NCBI GenBank assembly: GCA_964016885.1
Contig: OZ024740.1
Location: 90,210,001-90,274,000 of the forward strand
Source of the DNA: Eledone cirrhosa
Taxonomy: Eukaryota
Reading direction: 5' to 3'
DNA: 64,000 bases
Within the stretch, counting starts at the first letter, position 1, and each line of letters begins with the position of its first letter. Positions 11,631-27,929 of this stretch are shown one piece after another. The notes under the pieces were generated by a model, which did not search any database, was not told where the DNA came from, and saw only the letters and a program-made list of their open reading frames with translations. A program made the position numbers and the translations under genes.

Positions 11631-12554
11631 TGAATATACATATGACCACCTGATAACAAAATTACTCGGACCGGTTGTTTTGCCCCAGGCCCGCCGCGCC
11701 GCCTGTTTTGAGCGCCATATTATACTTATAATTATAAACTCCAGGCTTAGGCATAACTGTTAGCTGTATCATGCCTCTACTGGCACGTAAATAAACCCCT
11801 CATGTGTGAATTAATATTATTCGTTTGGTATAGACGATGTCCTCTCGAAATTGTAGACTTACCGCTAGCACATCCGGGACTTAAGGTAGTTACGTTCCTA
11901 GTGTACTCGGGAAAATGTATTTCCATTTCTTTCGCTGGACGATACCACTCGAAACTTGCTGACACGTGGTTAGGAGGTGCTGACTGAATTTCACAATCGA
12001 AGGCTTTAATCTTTACTCTATATCCCACACTGATATCTTATCGAGATTAACTTTTTCATATAAGATTATCTCTGTAAGTTCATTAAATAAATATCGCTAC
12101 CTTAACTTTAATTTTCTAATAATTTTATATTTTTTTCAATTTATTAATTTAATTTCATCCTATAACTCGTAACATAAGTTTAACGTTCCAATTCTCTGTT
12201 CACACATTAGACCATACAGACATCCATTATATATGCCTTTGTTAAAATATAGATTCTTTGGAATAACATTTTTCGCGGCGTTTTCTAGCATAACTGTAGT
12301 GTGTACCTTACGCTGACTACTTTATTTTTTCTTCTTTCTTTCTTTATTTCTTTCTTCCTCTTTTTTATTCTTTGACGGCGAGGCAGTAGTACAATATAAG
12401 CCTTCGCCCCCTCACCAGATGGTCATTAGCAGACCGAGTGGCCATCACTTTGAAGGCGACTGGCCGAGGTGAATGCAGTTAGTTGGTCAGTCGTCCTCTC
12501 TGTCTCTGATATTTCGGACCCATGGTTTTTACATATTCGTTTGTTATATTCCGA

Positions 12555-12612
12555 ATACCTGATGATATCACCGGATTCATATGGAATCCGGTCATTGAAA
12601 TGATCATAGTAT
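12555..12612 (+). ncRNA. Type I hammerhead ribozyme
   Basis: ATAC-CTGATGA-tatcACCGGATTCatatgGAATCCGGTcatt-GAAA-TGATCA-TA-GTAT: intact core, 9-bp distal stem II, palindromic stem III ATGATCAT, ATA cleavage triplet, stem I ATAC/GTAT. Confidence 0.75.
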
Positions 12613-12661
12613 AATAAACCTTTCAAGGATTTACACCACTCCAGCCTCCTGTTATTTTATT

Positions 12662-12704
<43 letters not shown>

Positions 12705-12772
12705 TAAAATAACAGATTAAAGTTTAAGCAAAGAATCGCTGCTTTCACCCTTAACGGGATCTTTATTACTAT

Positions 12773-12814
<42 letters not shown>

Positions 12815-12889
12815 AAGTATGTACACGTACATACATATATGTATACAGACGTACAGTAGTATGTATATGTATATACATACATATATATA

Positions 12890-13358
12890 TATATAATTAT
12901 ATATTCGTTAACATATTTTGAACAGTAATACTGTACTATATATTTTCAACAGTAATACTATACTATATGTTTTCAACACTAATATTATACTGTATATTTT
13001 TAATAGTAATGCTGTACTATTTATATATTTTCAACAGTAAGACTGTAATATATATTTTCAATAGTAATACTATACTATATATTTTCAACAGTAATAATAT
13101 ACGAAATATTTTCAACAGTAATACTACACTATACATCTTCAACAGTAATACTTTACTATAGATTTTCAACAGTAATACTGTACTGTACTATATATTTTCA
13201 ACAGTAATACTATACTATATATTTTCAACGGTAATACTATACTATATATTTTCAACAGTAATACTGTACATCACAGACGGCTTATCGTCTGTTTATCCAA
13301 GCGAAGCAAGGTACGTCACGCCAATGGTAACCGGGCGCCAGCGGGACGGGATAGCTAG
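12890..13358 (+). mobile_element. Probable non-autonomous Helitron containing a ~27-bp minisatellite
   Basis: About 12 copies of AACAGTAATACTATACTATATATTTTC (12920-13266), then a GC-rich terminal segment ending CTAG|T. Shares ATAATTATATATTCG and CACAGACGGCTTATCGTC with 37130-37230, which leads into Helitron helicase sequence. Confidence 0.55.
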
Positions 13359-13369
13359 TATATATATAT

Positions 13370-15012
<1,643 letters not shown>

Positions 15013-15606
15013 TATATATATATATACAAATGAGGTTTTTTTTCAAAATGAAAATAAACGAGATGTCCTACAAGAGTGAAGATATAAGGAAAAAAGATAA
15101 AATCGAAAATGCAACTGGAGTCTTTTTAAGAATATTTGTTTTCTTCCTTTACCCGTTTCGCAGTTCTTATGCTTTACAAATGTAGAATTGAGATGTAGGG
15201 TTTGTAGTTTTTCTCGCATCTGGTTGGTGTTAGAATGTTACTTCTGTATTATGTGGGAAAATAATTTGGTTGGTTGATGACTGTCACGTAAATAAGTATA
15301 TTAAATTTCCCGCCCGTTCGCGTTGCAAATTCTTATTATATTTGCCTTAAAAAAAGAATGGGGGGTGCAGATTGTTTTTTCATCTAGGAGTGAAATTTGG
15401 TTGGTTGATGCAGTCACGTGAATGAGCACATCAACTTTCGCACCAGTACTTTTTTGAGGGTTCTTTTCACTTGAAAAATTGGCTCAAAAACGTTTTTTTT
15501 ATAATTGAAATTTGATTGGTTATGACTGTCACGTGAATAAGTACATTAGATTTCGTGCATATATATGTATATATATGTATATACGCGAAATTTAATATAT
15601 ATATAA

Positions 15607-15793
15607 TCTAGGGCGGGTAAAATTCCCGAGATCCATGGACGAGTTCTCAACAGCGGTCTCTGTCTCTCATTATCGCTGCTCTGTCCTGCGTCTCCAACAG
15701 ACGAGTGTCTGTCCTTAGGGCATCAACATACGTTAACCTAGGTCTTCCTCTTCTAGTGTGTCCATACATGGGCTCCCACAGGAGCAATGAGTG

Positions 15794-15795
<2 letters not shown>
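15607..15795 (-). mobile_element. RTE LINE 3' end fragment (same family as 14192-14415)
   Basis: Reverse-complement match to 14215-14405; (TA)n flanks. Confidence 0.8.
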
Positions 15796-15864
<69 letters not shown>

Positions 15865-15878
15865 TATATATATATAAT

Positions 15879-15927
<49 letters not shown>

Positions 15928-15946
15928 ATATAAATATATATATATA

Positions 15947-16081
<135 letters not shown>

Positions 16082-16567
16082 TTATGCTGGGATAGTGGGC
16101 CTGTATTAACCATTAAGCACTATTTCAAATCTAGATAACATTTCTGCCTTTAACCCGAAATTCTTATGTTGCAACTGGTCTTTTTATATTTATGTAACAT
16201 GCTATTAGACATAGTAGAAATTATCCTTATTTTTTTTATATTTTATTCTAATACGAAGAACTACATGATTTTGAAGAAAAAAATATATTTATATAAGCGG
16301 TTTCTATATATAGTATGCATTACTATCATTTGAACAATAATACTGATAGTGATACATAACTGAATTTTCAAAAGATGCATATCTATTCCTATCTTCATAT
16401 TCATATGTTCGTGATGTAGACAAAAAATATGAACATTTTCCAAAGAGTATAAAAGCTCATAACATATTTTAAATTAAACGAACATTCAGAGCATCACACG
16501 GATTATAAATATTCTGGTCATAAGCGTGACGGTTCATAGAATTTAGAGAACAAACAACCCCACATAC

Positions 16568-16607
<40 letters not shown>

Positions 16608-16908
16608 ATAATAATAAATTTGAAGACTAAAATCCAAATTATAATGTAAGAAGAAATATTAGACACAGATATATACAGTTTCATACTGACCAGCGAAACT
16701 GAACAGTCGGGACATTGAAGAAATTCCTCTTACTTTATAATTACATAGCTTTGATATCGAGTCAACTTAATTATTTCAATTATCTCGTCTCTCATAATTA
16801 TAGAGCAACACTGGTTAAGGTCGACAACACACAAACTGACATACTTGTGAAAAAAATATATGTGTTTATATACATGTGTGTGTATGTATGCACATATATG
16901 TACGTACC

Positions 16909-16939
<31 letters not shown>

Positions 16940-16941
16940 AT

Positions 16942-17060
<119 letters not shown>

Positions 17061-17084
17061 AGAGATATTCTCTGTAATGTTATA

Positions 17085-18290
17085 GACTTTTGCCTAGATA
17101 TCAAGGATGGATGCCTATAGGTTGTAATCATACAATGGTACTCTATAATTCACAAACAAGTACCTATAATTTATAATTTTGGTGTTTATATTTCACAGGG
17201 GGTTGCCTAAAATCTAGCGCCTGTTGTGTATAGATTGATGTCTATAGTTTATAGACAAGAGTTTGTAGGCTGGTTGTATAATTTATAATCTTATTCATAC
17301 ATTTAGCTGGTTTATGCTTTTTCTTTATCAACTGATACCGATAGTTAATTTTTTATATAGATTATATGTCTACTGTTTATAGGTTGGCGCGTACATTGTA
17401 TAGCTTCATTTCTATAGTTTATATGTTTGTGCCTCTAGACTGGTGACTATATTTCATAAGTTATAACCTATAGTGTATAGAGAGTTACCTATAGTTCATT
17501 GGCTGGTCACAACAGGCATGGGTCTATAGCTTATAGACTTGCCTCTATAATTTATATACTGGTGTCTGTAGTTTATGACGGGTTCATATAGTTCATAGGC
17601 TATAACACATTCTTGTGTCTGTAAATTATAGTATGGTAGGTATTGTTCATAGGCTAAAGCGTAACATTCATACACTTGAGCCTATAGTCTAGTGTGTCTA
17701 TTTTATACGTCGGTGTCTATCTTTTATAGACTGGTTCGTATAATTTAAGGGTTTCCGCCTATAGTTCATAGATTCGTACACGTAGTTTATCCACTGGTGT
17801 CTATAGTTGAAACACGTGGTACCTATATTTCATAGGCATGTGTTCATAGTTCATAGACCGTTGCCTATAATACACAGGCTGGTGTCTTTAGTTTATAGTC
17901 TTCTCCATATAGGCACGTGCCTACTGTTTCTAGGTTGGTGCCTATATTTTATAACTTTTTGTATATATCTCGTAAGCTGTTGTATATAGGTTATACGTTG
18001 GTGTCGATACTATATAGACTGATTCCTATAATGTATAGGTAGATGACTATAATTCATACACTCGTTCCTATAATTGATCGTCTGGTGCCTGTATCCATAG
18101 ACTATAGCCTATTGTGTTGAATCTATTATTCGTAGATTGGTACCTATAATTCATAGGCTGGATCCTTTAGTTCTTAGAGTGTTGTCTATATGTTGTAGGC
18201 TGGTGTCTATAGATTATAGCTTTGTGCATATGTTCCATTGTCTAGTGTCTATATTTCATAGAGAGATGGCTATTGTATAGTACCTAGACT
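17085..18290. repeat. Old degenerate minisatellite, unit about 22-23 bp
   Basis: Recurrent variants of CTGGTGTCTATAGTTCATAGG over about 1.2 kb. Confidence 0.7.
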
Positions 18291-19472
18291 GTGTTGTGTA
18301 ACTATTAAAACCGAACGTCAACATGTCGAAGATTAGAATTAGATACCGGAAACGAGATGGACGAAACAGAACAAAACGGAACATCGAAATTGAATGGTAT
18401 GTACGAAGGTTTTAAGCAGAGAAGTGATAGATTGCATAAACGAAAATACATTTGAGAAACTCTAATAATTCTCATTTACAGCGGGTTAGCTTATAAGCAT
18501 TGAATAGACGGTAAACCTACGTCAATTTTCAGAGGGACACATTTAGTTCAAGCATTTAACTTAAATATAGAATGCTGTAAATCAAATAATATTATTGCAA
18601 TTATATAAATTTGTGATTTTATCAATTTAAGGGGAATACATCAACATTTTGGAAACGTTTTATCTTTATAAAAGTGTGATATCGATTGGCTTAATATATA
18701 TTTATTAGCCTATTTGCGACGTATGAAAGTAAGTCAATATGTGTGAAAATATATGTATTTATATATATATTTACATATGTAAGGGGGCGGTGTGTGTGAC
18801 TTTGAGTGCGTCGGTATGTGTGTGTGTGTGTGTGTGTCGGCATAAGATAAAAGTATATATTTCGCTTCCTGCAGCTGCAAATTTCATGACAATGCCTATG
18901 AAAATAATACAATTTATTCCGCTTCACCTTGGTGGCACCTATGTAGAATTGTATGTAGATGTAAATTATATAATAATTAATGTTGAAATAATTTGGATTT
19001 CGAACAGAACGAGAACGAATATATAATATATATTAAAACATTATATCGTACATTTAGAGCGGTGATATAAAACAAAATATCACAAACAAGGGTAGTATGA
19101 ACAATACAACTCTAAAAACAGAGGATGAAAAGGGATACACTTAACACATCTCACTGGAATGTATGTCTTCTGTGAAACAAAAGGAGGTAAAATGCTTCAA
19201 ACGCAAACTTGAATTAGCACAACGAAATTAGGTAAATAAATAACCAAACAAACAAGCAAATCCTGTCCATTGTGTTAAATGATTTGGCAGCCATTTCTGA
19301 ATGAGTAGCTTATTGTGATTTATTAATAACTAATGTGATATAATATTCAAGCATTTGACTGATTAGTACACCTTACGGTTTGGTTTTATTCCAAACCAAA
19401 TTTTCGTAGGTATTTTTTCTTTAGCAGGTGCGAGAAATACTGTTAAAGTATCACAATGAAACAAATTATAAA

Positions 19473-19609
<137 letters not shown>

Positions 19610-19803
19610 CTGTGTGTGTGTGTGTGTGTGTTTCTGTGTGTGTGTGTGTGTGTATGTGTGTGTGTGTGTGTGTGTGTGGTTGTGGGTGTGTGTGTGTGTG
19701 GTTGTGGGTGTGTGTGTGTGTGATACATAAAAACACACACATGTATGTATATTTATACAAAGGAAAAATAATTAGTGAACATGGAAAAAGCTCCTGATTA
19801 TTT

Positions 19804-19857
<54 letters not shown>

Positions 19858-19862
<5 letters not shown>

Positions 19863-20183
19863 TAAAAGAACGAACAACCAGTGATGCATCTGGACTCAAT
19901 TTATTGCGTGTTACAATTGTTTCGCCGGCCGGTAGCTCGAGACATGGTCACTGTATGGATCTGGTTAATTCTACGGCTGCAGGTTCCCTACAGACACGGG
20001 TAGTTTGTTCGGAGCAATTGTTATCACGAACGAACTATCTACCCGTGTCTGAAGGAACCTGCAGCCGTAGAATCAGCCAGCTCCATACAGTGACCATGTC
20101 GCGAGACACCTGCCGGCGAAACAATTGTAACACGCAATACATTGAGTCCAGATGCATCACTGATTGTTCGTTCTTTTATACTA
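19858..20183. repeat. Fold-back palindrome, arms about 150 bp, with an atypical hammerhead-like motif
   Basis: TAGTATAAAAGAACGAACAA... / ...TTGTTCGTTCTTTTATACTA; left flank is (TA)n. Confidence 0.9.
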
Positions 20184-20279
20184 TCCACACTCTACTCTGT
20201 TGAATATTGAGTGCTAATTTTGGCATACCGCCTATGGAAGCACCATAGCTACCATTATACACAGGTATGTATATATATG

Positions 20280-20311
<32 letters not shown>

Positions 20312-20675
20312 TGTATATATATATATATATATATATATTTCTCCAGTCCCCTTCTCAGCAAGGGAGATGGAAAACAAATTACCTCAACAAATAATTTTAA
20401 ATCTTTAATTCTTAGTTTTTAATTCTTATTAATTCTTTTTAATTGTAATAATCAACATTTGATAAGATGAATTTCAATAATATATCGAAATCGGTAAGAC
20501 TTTATATACTGTACATACATTATAAAACTCTTTTTTTAAAAAAGAATTGTCCCTCTCATATTTTCAATAATGACATCTTTTCACTAACGTCACTTCGACA
20601 AATTAAAGAAAGGAAAAAAAAAGAAATAAAAAGAGACTCTAAATTATATTTCCGTGCAATTTCCAACTTCACCTT

Positions 20676-20849
<174 letters not shown>

Positions 20850-20993
20850 TGAACAGAAGAAAAATCGTAAACGAATCTATTTCAAATACCAACAACACTA
20901 TAGACAATTAACAGCGGTAAATAAAGAGAAAGGCAAGGTCTCAAGGGTCACAGAAGAATGGAAGTGTGAAGAGGGTGTCTGATATCTCTAGGC

Positions 20994-21386
20994 CATGGGC
21001 GCGTCGCTCTTGTGGAGCCAATACCGCAAACCATTTCCACGCATAATAGCCAGCTTCAGCCGCTGAAACAGCCACCTCGCGTGGTTGCTTCCACAGATGG
21101 ACTGCTCACGTTCCGATTTCGTAGATGAGCTCAGAGATTATGGCGTTCAAGTATGACTGAGGTTCCGACGGTGACCGGTGGGAAGACGAATGACAGGACA
21201 ATTCCTTGTATTTTTTGTATTCTTTTCTTCTGTATTGCAAGGACTGTTGCCGTAGCAACTTCGTTGGATTAAGTGGACGTGTCACAGTATATGGTGTCCC
21301 AGATGAGGGATTTACCTCCTTCGAATGGGAAGAGGGTAATTCCGTGGGAGCATGTATTGTTGAATAAAATAACTGTTCCAAGAAAC
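20994..21386 (-). mobile_element. CRE-clade-like non-LTR retrotransposon C-terminal (RLE) relic
   Basis: Frameshifted minus-strand peptides PHGITLFPFEGGKSLIWD, KKYKEL and WLFQRLKLAIMRGN. Bounded by the 12-bp direct repeat ATATCTCTAGGC (20982-20993, 21387-21398). Confidence 0.65.
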
Positions 21387-21827
21387 ATATCTCTAGGCTT
21401 AAATGCCAAATGAATTACAACTATCTAGGTGTAGATAGTAAGACAATAGATCGTGGGAGAAATGAGGAAAGAGAAGCGGAGTAGTATTCAGAATGGGTTT
21501 ATCTTTGAAACATCCATGCATATTTCCTTGCTTACCATTATTCTGATTTATACGTAATTAAAACTCAATTATTTTCTGAAAATCGCCAATTTTCGTATGT
21601 CTAATTCGGTATATTTATCTGCAAAATAATAAATATAGCTTCAAATATTCTTCTATGAAAAATATACGTAAATGTATACTGAAATAAACAAACATGGAGA
21701 AATATGCCGATTATAACAATTTATGATAAAACACCTTTAAGTATACATATAGATATATTTCATGGAGAAACAAATATAGATTCTTATAATCATAATCGTG
21801 ACTAATAATATTATGGCATTATTTGTG

Positions 21828-22010
21828 TGGATTGGCAGTATCGGTAGAGGGTCGGCCGCCATGCTTTGCAGCATAGTTACGTCCCTTTACGGACTGAGTT
21901 CAAATCCCGCCGAGGTTAACTTTGCCTTTCATCCTTACGGGGTCGATAAAATAAAGTACCAGTAATGCACTGGGTAATTGCTGGCCTTGTGCCTAAAGTA
22001 GAAACAATTA
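21828..22010 (+). mobile_element. tRNA-derived SINE, family 1
   Basis: A-box-like TGGCAGTATCGG, B-box GTTCAAATC, central GCCTTTCATCCTTACGGGGTCGATAAAATAAAGTACC, TSD ATTATTTGTG. Six copies in the window. Confidence 0.9.
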
Positions 22011-22030
22011 TTTGTGGATAGATAAAATTA

Positions 22031-22437
22031 CGAGGGCAATCCCAAAAGTAAGGTCTCCTTCCGATATTGCAACTTCCGATATTGCAACTTTTTCCGTTAA
22101 AATCAAGTGGATGGTGCTTCGGGAAATCTCGGGGACCAAAATGCAGAGAGCATCCAGAATGATCCTTCGATCTTTACGCATGTTTTCTTCAGAAGGAGAC
22201 CTTATCTTTGGGATTGTCCTCGTAATAATAACTGCGCGAAATTCGCACTTGGCGGTAGCGTTCACAGGAGCTCCATTCTCAACGGCTGCCAAGCCAAGAT
22301 TGAGCATCCCAGCGAAGCGCGCGCATGTTTGTTTGGGAGTGAAGGAAGCACCTATCACAACAGTGTTGCCAACAGCCGTACGAAGAGTTTATCTGCTCCC
22401 CATCGCTTTGGAGACCTTACTTTTGGGATTACCCTCG
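22031..22437 (-). mobile_element. Mariner/Tc1 deletion derivative with 28-bp TIRs and TA duplication
   Basis: TA-CGAGGGCAATCCCAAAAGTAAGGTCTCC (22031-22058) ... GGAGACCTTACTTTTGGGATTACCCTCG-TA (22410-22437). Transposase-like relic DRRIILDAL..ISRSTIHLILTEK. Confidence 0.85.
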
Positions 22438-25402
22438 TAAATTCGGTATATTGATGCGATATACTTATAATTACCCAAATACTCTAACTACGTTACGCAA
22501 CACGCGTATATTTCTTGGAAGAGTTATATTATTCAAGAAGGCATTTAAAATTCAGAATGGTGTGTCACTACATAGAATCTCAATGCGAAATACACACTTC
22601 ACATAAAATGTATGTATGTGGTAAAAGCTTAAATATCACAGGGCAATGTATATTTTAACAAACTTAATAACACTTAATTAAGATAGAATTGTATCGACAG
22701 AAGACAATAAATTCCATTCTGATAGCCAGCTACAGATATGATATTATAATTGCAATCTCATCTTTACATTTATACTGCAAATGGGAAGCATTATCAATGC
22801 AAAGATGATGTCGCTATTATTGGCATATAACCGTACAACGTAAATCTGTAGAGACATATGATTGACAACGAATGGATATAATTTGACGTCGGTTGAGCTC
22901 TCCAGAAAACAATAATACCTGAAAATTAAAGTCTCTAACAACATGAATCATTCACCGTCACTTGTGAAACTTCTGATTTTCTTAACACATATATTGAAAT
23001 AAAATATTACCTCTCTTTATCTATCGTGCTCACGTCGCATTCAAAATATATTGTCCATGTCAAAATCTTTACATTAAAAATAAAATATTTCGGTAAACAC
23101 CTGCACCAATAAATATGAAATTGACGCATCTAATCTGTCGTATCTACCATAAATATTATGCATAAACAGAACAATATCCTGGGGCAAAATAGAAGTTTCT
23201 ATCTAACTAATTTTAGATAAAACATTAGTGTATGAATAACATGTATTAATATTTTACAACGGTCAAATATGATTCACTGTTGATATTATTTTCCATAACT
23301 GCGTAAAATATTTTGGAGACCACGTTCAAAACAGTGCATGCATACAACAAACAATATATAGTATCTAAAAAACAGACATGCTATATGTATTGATACCGTT
23401 TCAAGATAATATTTTTTTGCGCTTGTTCTGATTACTACATCGTACAATTGCAAGTGTTCAAGAAATATGTTAAATTGCATCATGTCCTTATTCTCAAACG
23501 GATTGCCGCCAGGATAGTGCAGTTCCTACTTTCAGAACCTTATTAAAACAACATAAAAATATACAAACCAAATTAATATTGAGATGGTCATATCAAAAAG
23601 GGCTGGCGCGAGCGCTTGAATCTGCTGATGATATGTGAATTTTGGAGATATAAACCGAAAGACGTAAAAAGAATGTCACACAGGCATTCGCAACTAAAGG
23701 AGTATATCGGTTTATTACGATAAAAAAAAAACAAAGTCATAGAGCAAATTATTGACACCACCAATATCCCCATAGACGATGCGATGAAAGGACTGAAATA
23801 TAGTAGTTCAAAGCTTGGAGAGACTTTTGGAAGTATATTTTGGAAATATCTGCAAGTCTTGTCCAAGCACTCCACTAAAGATCGATTTTATTTGTTGCAT
23901 AGGTCCTCTCTCTACTCCACTATATAACTGAGTCGTATAGTTTCACAAATACATTAGCTTAGAAAGTGAATGCCTTTCAATGTCAGTGACTGAGGAACAT
24001 ACTGAAAATCAGCAAAGCAGCACGTCACCAAACCTTTCAAGTAACGGTAAATTAGTTGCCACAGTCGTTTTCCGGCAGTTACCGTTCATTGGAAATTCTG
24101 TTAGACGACAAAATGAAGATTGGTTTCAGCAATACTGTCTCTGTGCCCCAAAGCATGAACAAAGCAATAGAGATTGAGAGAAAGCAACTTTTTCGTTTGT
24201 CACCTTAATTTGGACGTTCAAATAATTGAGAATAAAATAGGCACAGTTGCTAGGGGCAAGATTACCATGTAGATAGGTTGGTAAGGCCACATCTCATTTC
24301 TAGACACCAGGGTCAGACAGAGCGTACTTGGGAGATGGATGGATTTTCTTCAATCGTAATTACTAATATATTAAGTGACTACGCCTGATATGTGGTTGAT
24401 TTTTCATTTCACAGAATATTAACGCAAAACGAAATGTATTTTTCCGCTGTGTAGACTGCGGGATTATTATTATTTTTTTTATTTTTACAAATTATTATAC
24501 AGCTCGTATAAGCGAGTCTGAGAGCATTCAATACTTTTATGATGACTTATTTGGATAAAACAACTGAAGGCAACATGCATTTATAGAGGTAGCGATAAGA
24601 AATTCAGAAACATAACTTATTTGAAAATATGTAACCCTTTTGGTTAAAAAGATAACATCATTTTATTATATCATTTTTCATAGAATTTTATTACATACAT
24701 CCAGAGGAATATTGAATAATGATTTCAAAGATGTACATTTGGAACCTAAGTGTAGTGAATAATTTGAACAATACCTACTTCATATATAGTTATCACCTAT
24801 TTAAATAAAAATCTACTCACCCAACAGAACATATGTTAATATACATGTAATATGAATTATAAATGATATTTTGACCTATAGCGCTTTGAAATAATTCAAA
24901 ACATTGAAAAGATCTATATTAATATTAATAAGACGAAATTCAGAATACAGCAAAGAAGAAATGCGTTGTGAATGGAAGAATTTGCAATAAAGATTCTTTT
25001 ATATTAATCCATATATACAAATATTAAGAAGGAAAGAAACTTCTTTGTCAGATACAAGTGATCAGGAAATATTGTCACGTCTAATAAGTCTATGCGTTAC
25101 AACCAATCCAAGAGGAGTTTAATAGTCAGAGAGACGTGTATGTTGGTAGAGAAGAGTTAAATATTTTAGTCATAGGATAAATCTACATTTTAGTATAATG
25201 TTCACCAAGCATTTCATACAAACAATCAAACACATACACAAATATGCATACACACATACACGCCCATTCTTTGAAACTACATCACCCATATTTTAATCTC
25301 TAACTCTCATGTCGTTACTTCTACTTTGATTAATGTATCATGATGAAATTTAGAATATATTTTCCCCGGCAAAGAACGGAAGGAGGAGCAAGTCATGCGA
25401 CG

Positions 25403-25450
<48 letters not shown>

Positions 25451-25469
25451 TGTCTGCGTGTCGATGTAT

Positions 25470-25715
25470 CTATCTAGGGCAGGTAACATTCCCGAGATCC
25501 ATGGATGAGTTCTCTGCAGCGGTCTCTGGCCCACATCATTACTACCATGTCTTGCATCTCCAAGAAACCAATGTTTGTCCTTAGGGCATCGACATATGTC
25601 AACCTCGGTCTCCCTCTTCTAGTGTGTCCTTGCAGGGGCTCCCACAGGAGCACCTAGTGCAGTCTCAAATCTGGAAGTCGGTGAACATGTCCAGCTAACC
25701 TCAGTCTCCTCTGTA
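25470..25715 (-). mobile_element. RTE LINE 3' end fragment (third copy)
   Basis: Reverse-complement similarity to 14195-14410, including the TAGA tail. Confidence 0.8.
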
Positions 25716-25968
25716 TTACCGGGTTTATATGTATATAACGTGAATGTACATATGTATTTAAATAATGCTGTTGGGGGCATTAGCTCACATGTATCTTACC
25801 GATAGAATGATTCTCCAATGTGATGCTGAAACTTATATAAGTGCAAACCTATATTTATCCTCAAAATTTTACATGAGTATGTCGATGACGAGCTACATAT
25901 TGTCTTGTCAGTTCGTCATATGTACCCTTCCTTGCTGATGCATTACGCACACCTACACGATCATTAAT

Positions 25969-26034
<66 letters not shown>

Positions 26035-26048
26035 CACACACGCACACA

Positions 26049-26102
<54 letters not shown>

Positions 26103-26199
26103 TGAAGTAATTCCGTCGGAAAAGTCCAAGAAAAACGAGTGCTCTATGTAGGTAACAGAGCTTAATAGTTATGTAATAATAAACAACATAAGCCAATTA

Positions 26200-26260
26200 T
26201 TTCATTTACCAGTGGTTTCTTAAAAACAAAAAAATGTTGCTTTCAATCATCAGAATGAAA
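26200..26260 (-). ncRNA. Type I hammerhead ribozyme in the left pLTR arm
   Basis: Minus strand: TTTCATT-CTGATGA-TTGAAAGCAAcatttttTTGTTTTTAA-GAAA-CCACTGG-TA-AATGAAA. 7-bp stem I, 10-bp stem II with G-U pairs, GTA triplet. The mirror copy near 32043-32103 has a mutated core (CTGTTGA, GATA). Confidence 0.8.
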
Positions 26261-26390
26261 AAAATCCTGGTGTATTTATTGACGTTGGATTTTAAAAACA
26301 AAAATGTAACCTATATGAAAGTGAGGCTGGAAAAGGAAGAAGGAAAGGAACAATAAAATAAAAACACACATGCAAACACACACACACAAT

Positions 26391-26428
<38 letters not shown>

Positions 26429-27254
26429 TACATACACACATACATACACACACATATATACACACACACATATATATATGTGTATATGTATACATACACA
26501 TACATATACACATACATACATACACACATAAATATCAACATATCCATACATACACATACATATGTACAACGACACACATATATATATATATACACATACA
26601 CATACATATACATACACATATACATACACATACATACATACATACAAAATCATACGTATATACACATGTACATACATACACATACATACACACATATATA
26701 CACGCATACATACGCATGCACAAAAATAGAAATATATACACACATCTCTACATACTCACATACACATATATACACCTACACACACATATATATATACACA
26801 TACGTATGCATACGTACATACACACACATACACACATATACATATATAACTAAATATATATATATATATATGAGAAAGAACATAAATATTATATATATAT
26901 ATAAAAAATAAATATTGTATAGGTATAAAAATATAAAAAAAATATTGTATATATGAAAAATAAAAATAAAAATAAAAATGAAAATAAAAAATTTGGAATA
27001 CGACAAATAATAAATAAAACAATATATATTTAAAAAAGGGTATAAATGCCTATAGCAGATTTAGAGCACTCAACAAGCTACTGGAGCATAAGATCAATGA
27101 AAATAATCATTAAATCACTATATGTAATGATGCTTATACATACACCATTATACATATATACATATACATATATATATACACATATATATACATACACACA
27201 CACACACACACACACAAACACAACCACAGAGATACACACACACATACAATTACG

Positions 27255-27294
<40 letters not shown>

Positions 27295-27452
27295 TCGGAA
27301 AAAGTCTGACCCAACGACAGAGCTCAAGCCGTTTCTGAGGCTATTATACACACAAAATCATTATATAAAAAATACATATACACGCACAAATATACACACA
27401 CCCATACATACACATTAAATCTATATATACACACATACATACATACACATAT

Positions 27453-27635
<183 letters not shown>

Positions 27636-27808
27636 TACACACATACATATATACATATAAATATATACACACACACGCACAAATACAACAGAAATATATA
27701 TAATATATACGATTATATATACATATACATATGCATACAGATAGATATAAATAAACATACATACAGACACATATATACATACACATATACATATGCACAT
27801 ACATACAT

Positions 27809-27867
<59 letters not shown>

Positions 27868-27929
27868 CATATACATATATACACATATACATACATGTAC
27901 GCAGCACACAAAAAAAATTAATATCTAAA

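Noticed and set aside
12920-13266. CRISPR-like array
   Set aside because: Head-to-tail minisatellite with no unique spacers, no cas genes and a eukaryotic context.
21828-21910. tRNA gene
   Set aside because: The A/B boxes belong to a SINE head with TSDs and multiple diverged copies.
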